A stretch of 64,000 nucleotides of DNA from Lepidodermella squamata (Eukaryota > Animalia > Gastrotricha), in NCBI GenBank assembly GCA_047495785.1, contig JBLDXI010000009.1, positions 62,001-126,000 of the forward strand. Direction: 5' to 3'. Position numbers and translations under genes: made by a program. Below are positions 59,915 through 64,000 of this stretch, in pieces. The notes under the pieces are model-generated. The model searched no databases. It saw only the letters and a list, made by a program, of their open reading frames with translations, and was not told where the DNA came from. Numbering within the stretch: position 1 is the stretch's first letter; every line of letters starts with the position of its first letter.

Positions 59915-62900
59915 ATGGCAGATAATCGATCACCTTGCGATGACAGTGATGATGAAGTGTTGAGCCCTTATGTTGGCAAGAGATTAAAGCTGGAACCCAC
60001 TTCATCTGCCTCGACTGATAGTGCTTGGGTTGAAAACGGACCCTTTACAGAATTTCTTCGCAGAGAAGAACAAAATTTGCAAACTCAGTGCAAAAACTGT
60101 TTGGCTGAGTTATTTTTCTTCGAGAATGGAAATATTCTCGATTTTATTTCTTGGCAAGAGGTATGGATGGCTGTTATCAACTGAATATGTTTTTACTGGT
60201 GAGAATTTAGAATGATTCCGATAATGCTGCTCTTCAAAAAGTCATTGAGGACTTCGCTCGCTCCTTATCAGACCAGCCGGTTAAACTGGAGACAGATCTG
60301 CTGAACGTTGCTCAAGTTCCCAGTTCGAATGGTATAATATTTTGGTATTGTTGGCATTAAATTTTGAATATTTTTTGACAACATAGTGAGGGCAGCGAAT
60401 TCTTCAGCTCAGAGACCTGCCAATATTTCAGTATCTGAAATGTCACCTAGAAGTAGCGGGGTGAGCCCTGTCGCTACGCGCAACCGACTGTTGTCTCCAG
60501 TCTCGGCAGTCTCACTGACCGGTTCTCAGCATGGAGGTTCTCCGTCACGCGGGTCCTGTTCTCCGTTATCGCCAAGCCGTAGGACGAGACACGGAACCTC
60601 AGAGCCCTCAGCTGTCGAAGTGCAACCTGAACAGTCAAATAATGCCAGCATGCAATCTTCGCTGGTTACTACAACGCCACAGCCGACTCATAGTCCCATT
60701 CCGCAGAGTATTCTTGCGTTAAAGGAATCTCAAGAAAATGCAGCTGAACGTGCTAAGCATGTGAGTATATTTGAAGAAATAGACATTTCCAATGCATAAA
60801 CCGATGTTATTTAGGAAGCTGAAATTTTGCGGCGTGTTGCCGAGTTGCAGCGTGAAGGTCTTTGGTCTGCAAGACGTTTACCGCGCTGTGCGGAGGTAAC
60901 CACACTTCACTTGAATTTATTCTAAAGCTATCCATTATTTTCATTCTGAAGCCCCCTCGACCAAAATGTCACTGGGACAGTTTGCTTGAAGAAATGGTGT
61001 GGATGTCCACCGATTTTGCGGAAGAAAAGAAGTGGAAAAAAGCGGTTGCCAAAAAGGTATGAACTTGAATTTTTCAGCTGAACTCGTACTTGAAATGTTC
61101 CATTTTGCATGAAGATTGCTCAAGCTGTTGTGAAACATGTAACTGAAACAGGCCTCCACGTCACACTTGGATGCGATGAAGTTTCGAACGAAGCTAGCGT
61201 TGTTGCCGAAGAAGATGTCGCAGTAAAAACTTGTCGGTCGATTGCTCTAATGGTCGAAGAATTTTGGAGCCAAATGCTGCGAATCGCATCTTGGCGGCTA
61301 GAAACCAGAGAGGCCGAGAAACACAAACGAGAACGAGACATGCACCTTGATTTTATCGTTGGCCAGACTGAAAAATTCAGTAATTGGTTGAGTGAAGGCT
61401 TGCTCCAGTCTAAACCAGCCGAAGATGAAGCTTCAGAGAAAATGGACGAGGACGACGATGATCAAAAGGAATTTGACGACGAAGCCAACGATGACGAATT
61501 TGTGCCGCAGAATGCTGCGAATGACGAAATGGATGACGAAGAAACTATTGCTAGGGAAGAAGCCGAAAATGGCGAACAGGCCGAGGCGGAGGTAGATGCC
61601 CTCAAGGCTGAGGCGGTAATGGGCGTAGATGATTTGCTGGCGAGCTTGCCTCCTGAATACCTAAGCCAATTAGGCTTGAAAGACGCTGTACTCACTAGCG
61701 CATCTGAAGGTTCGTCTTCTCGAAGGAGGAGAAGAGGCGAGCCGCTAGTTCAAGACAATCCACCTACAGCAGAGGCACCCGCCATTTCAAGCGATGTCAA
61801 AGAGCCAGAAGTTACGGTCATCAGTGAGCCGACTGATAGTTCAGGCCGTCGGGAACGTCTCGACAAACTTGCTGAAGTCGCTTCGAGTATGCAGCCTGGT
61901 ACTGCCAATGAAGCAACGCGCACCCCAATTCCGTTTTTGTTACGTGGTGGTGATTTGCGTGAATACCAACGTGTCGGACTCGACTGGCTTGTGATGCTGC
62001 ACGAGAAGAATATTAATGGCATCCTCGCTGACGAAATGGGCCTCGGAAAAACCATTCAAACCATCTCACTTCTCGCTCACCTTGCTTGCGCGAAGGGTGT
62101 ATGGGGTCCTCATATTATTATTGTGCCCGCATCCGTACTTCTCAACTGGGAAATGGAATTCAAACGCTGGCTACCAGCATTCAAGGTAAGATCACGAAAA
62201 CGTGCGATTAACTTTTGCAAAAATTTTATTTTTAAAGGTGCTCACTTATTATGGATCGGTGAAAGATCGCAAGGAAAAACGGCGCGGTTGGACTGATCCG
62301 AATGCATTCCATGTTTGTATTACAAGTTATCAGCTGGCAGTTATTGACCAAGGTGTGCTTCGCCGGCGAAGGTGGCACTATATGATTTTGGACGAAGCGC
62401 AAAACATCAAGAACTTTCGATCTCGCCGCTGGCAGGCGTTGTTGTCAATGCAAAGCATGCACCGGTTGCTATTGACCGGCACGCCGTTGCAGAACAGCCT
62501 CATGGAACTGTGGTCGCTGATGCACTTTTTGATGCCACAGCTGTTTCAGTCAAGTGATGATTTCCGTGACTGGTTCGCCAACCCGCTCGCTTCGATGGTC
62601 GAGGGCGATCGCGAGTTCTCGGAGAATCTCATCGTTCGTCTTCACAAAGTTCTTCGGCCGTTCTTGTTGCGGCGTCTTAAAAAAGACGTCGAACGGCAGC
62701 TGCCCTCTAAAGAGGAGCACATTGTGCCGTGTCGGCTGTCTCGCCGCCAAAGATTCCTTTATGACGACTTCATGTCCCGAGCCAGCACCCGCGCCGTTCT
62801 CCAGGGCGGCCAGTTTGTCTCCGTGCTTGGCGTGCTCGTGCAGTTGCGAAAGGTCTGCAACCACCCTGATCTCTTCGAGCCGCGGCCTGTCAACTCGCCG

Positions 62901-64000
62901 TTCGTCTTGCCGGACCCGATCGTGTACACATCACCAGCCCTTCTAGCCGACATCCCGGTGAAAAACAACCAGGCTCTGGAGTGGCTTATTGGTGAATATG
63001 TACAACAGCCAACTCTTACCGGTTTTGATTTCGATCGTCGTGCTGAGCTTTGCCCGTCTAAGCGGCTGTTTTATGACACTTATGTCAATCCCGCCACTGA
63101 AGTATCGACAAAACACGACGTGATGACAGCTCTCGTGCAGCGTCGCGTTCGTCTCCAGGCTTTCCGAGCGCTGGCCGGAAACTCGGCCGTGCCGACTGAC
63201 GTCGAAACTCACGGTGCTGATTTAGCGAACGGAAAATCAGTTGGACGGCTGGCCGGTTCTTCGATGTTGAAACCGCCTGGTATTGTTTATCCGTTGAAAT
63301 GGGACAAAGATCAGGCCGGAGTTTCAAACGGCAGCAGTTCAGAATCCAGCAATGGTCAGGCTCAGAAGCCATTCGTTGAGATTTGCCAGAGACTGGAAGT
63401 GTCCGATCCAAACGCCATCGCAATACCTCCCACAGATGTCGTACTGCGTGTTTGCGCGGAGGAGAACGAAACAGCTAGTTTTCTCGCAGTGCTGAATGAG
63501 CAGCGCTGCAGGACCCTGGCATCGCGGCCCCTCTTTGGCCCTGATCTTCTTCGATTAGTATCAACGTCTGAGCACGTCCGACGGTCGTGGCGCGACTCGT
63601 GTGACAGCGTTGAAAATCTGAATTTATGCAGTGACGAAACCGCCTTATCGCCAATTCTACAAACTTTCGCTATTGCCCTGTACCCAGTCGTGGGCAAACG
63701 ACCAGTGTTCTACTCTTCGATTCGAAGCTCGAAACGATTTGCTGAGGATTTGACTCTGGTAAAACCGAGCAATGCGCCGTCGATGAATCGAATGGAGCAT
63801 TTGGTTCATGTTCGGAAGTTGCTCAACTTTCCAGAATTACGGCTCATTCAATACGATTGCGGGAAACTGCAAGCTCTTGCAGAGTTGCTGCGAGCTCTTC
63901 GAACTGACGGCCATCGCGTTCTCGTTTTCACGCAAATGTCTCGCATGTTGGACGTTCTCGAGCAGTTTTTGTCATTCCATGGCTTTGCTTACCTGCGTTT
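59915..64000 (+). CDS. SRCAP: SRCAP/domino/EP400 SWR1-type chromatin remodeler, 3'-truncated by the window edge (7 exons visible)
   Basis: [12 protein letters not shown] domain [81 protein letters not shown]. Confidence 0.96.

Overview
Eukaryotic DNA from a compact bilaterian-animal genome (most introns ~50-65 nt, GT-AG); the ORF track fragments most genes, so I rebuilt exon structures by hand. Genes in order: Lhx1/5 (+), two tandem paralogous multi-pass membrane genes (-), a ZnT/SLC30 transporter (-), SERCA (+), Fezf (+), a secreted Sushi + split-PAN + GPGG-repeat protein (-), PHF12 (-), a tight GATC-SRSF1/9-SPT4 cluster (+), an LRR transmembrane gene, an orphan gene, TAO kinase and RUNDC1 (all -), and SRCAP/domino (+, runs off the end). 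There is also a 430-bp MITE with its empty paralogous site in the window, and a decayed LINE fragment. Highlights: (1) SERCA has two consecutive pairs of mutually exclusive exons (TM7; luminal loop-TM8) plus up to three alternative C-termini; (2) a 42-bp GATC-SRSF spacer and splice acceptors just before many ATGs suggest operons or trans-splicing; (3) the ZnT has His>Asn at its transport site; (4) a silk-like, His-rich structural protein. All calls are by eye; no searches were run.
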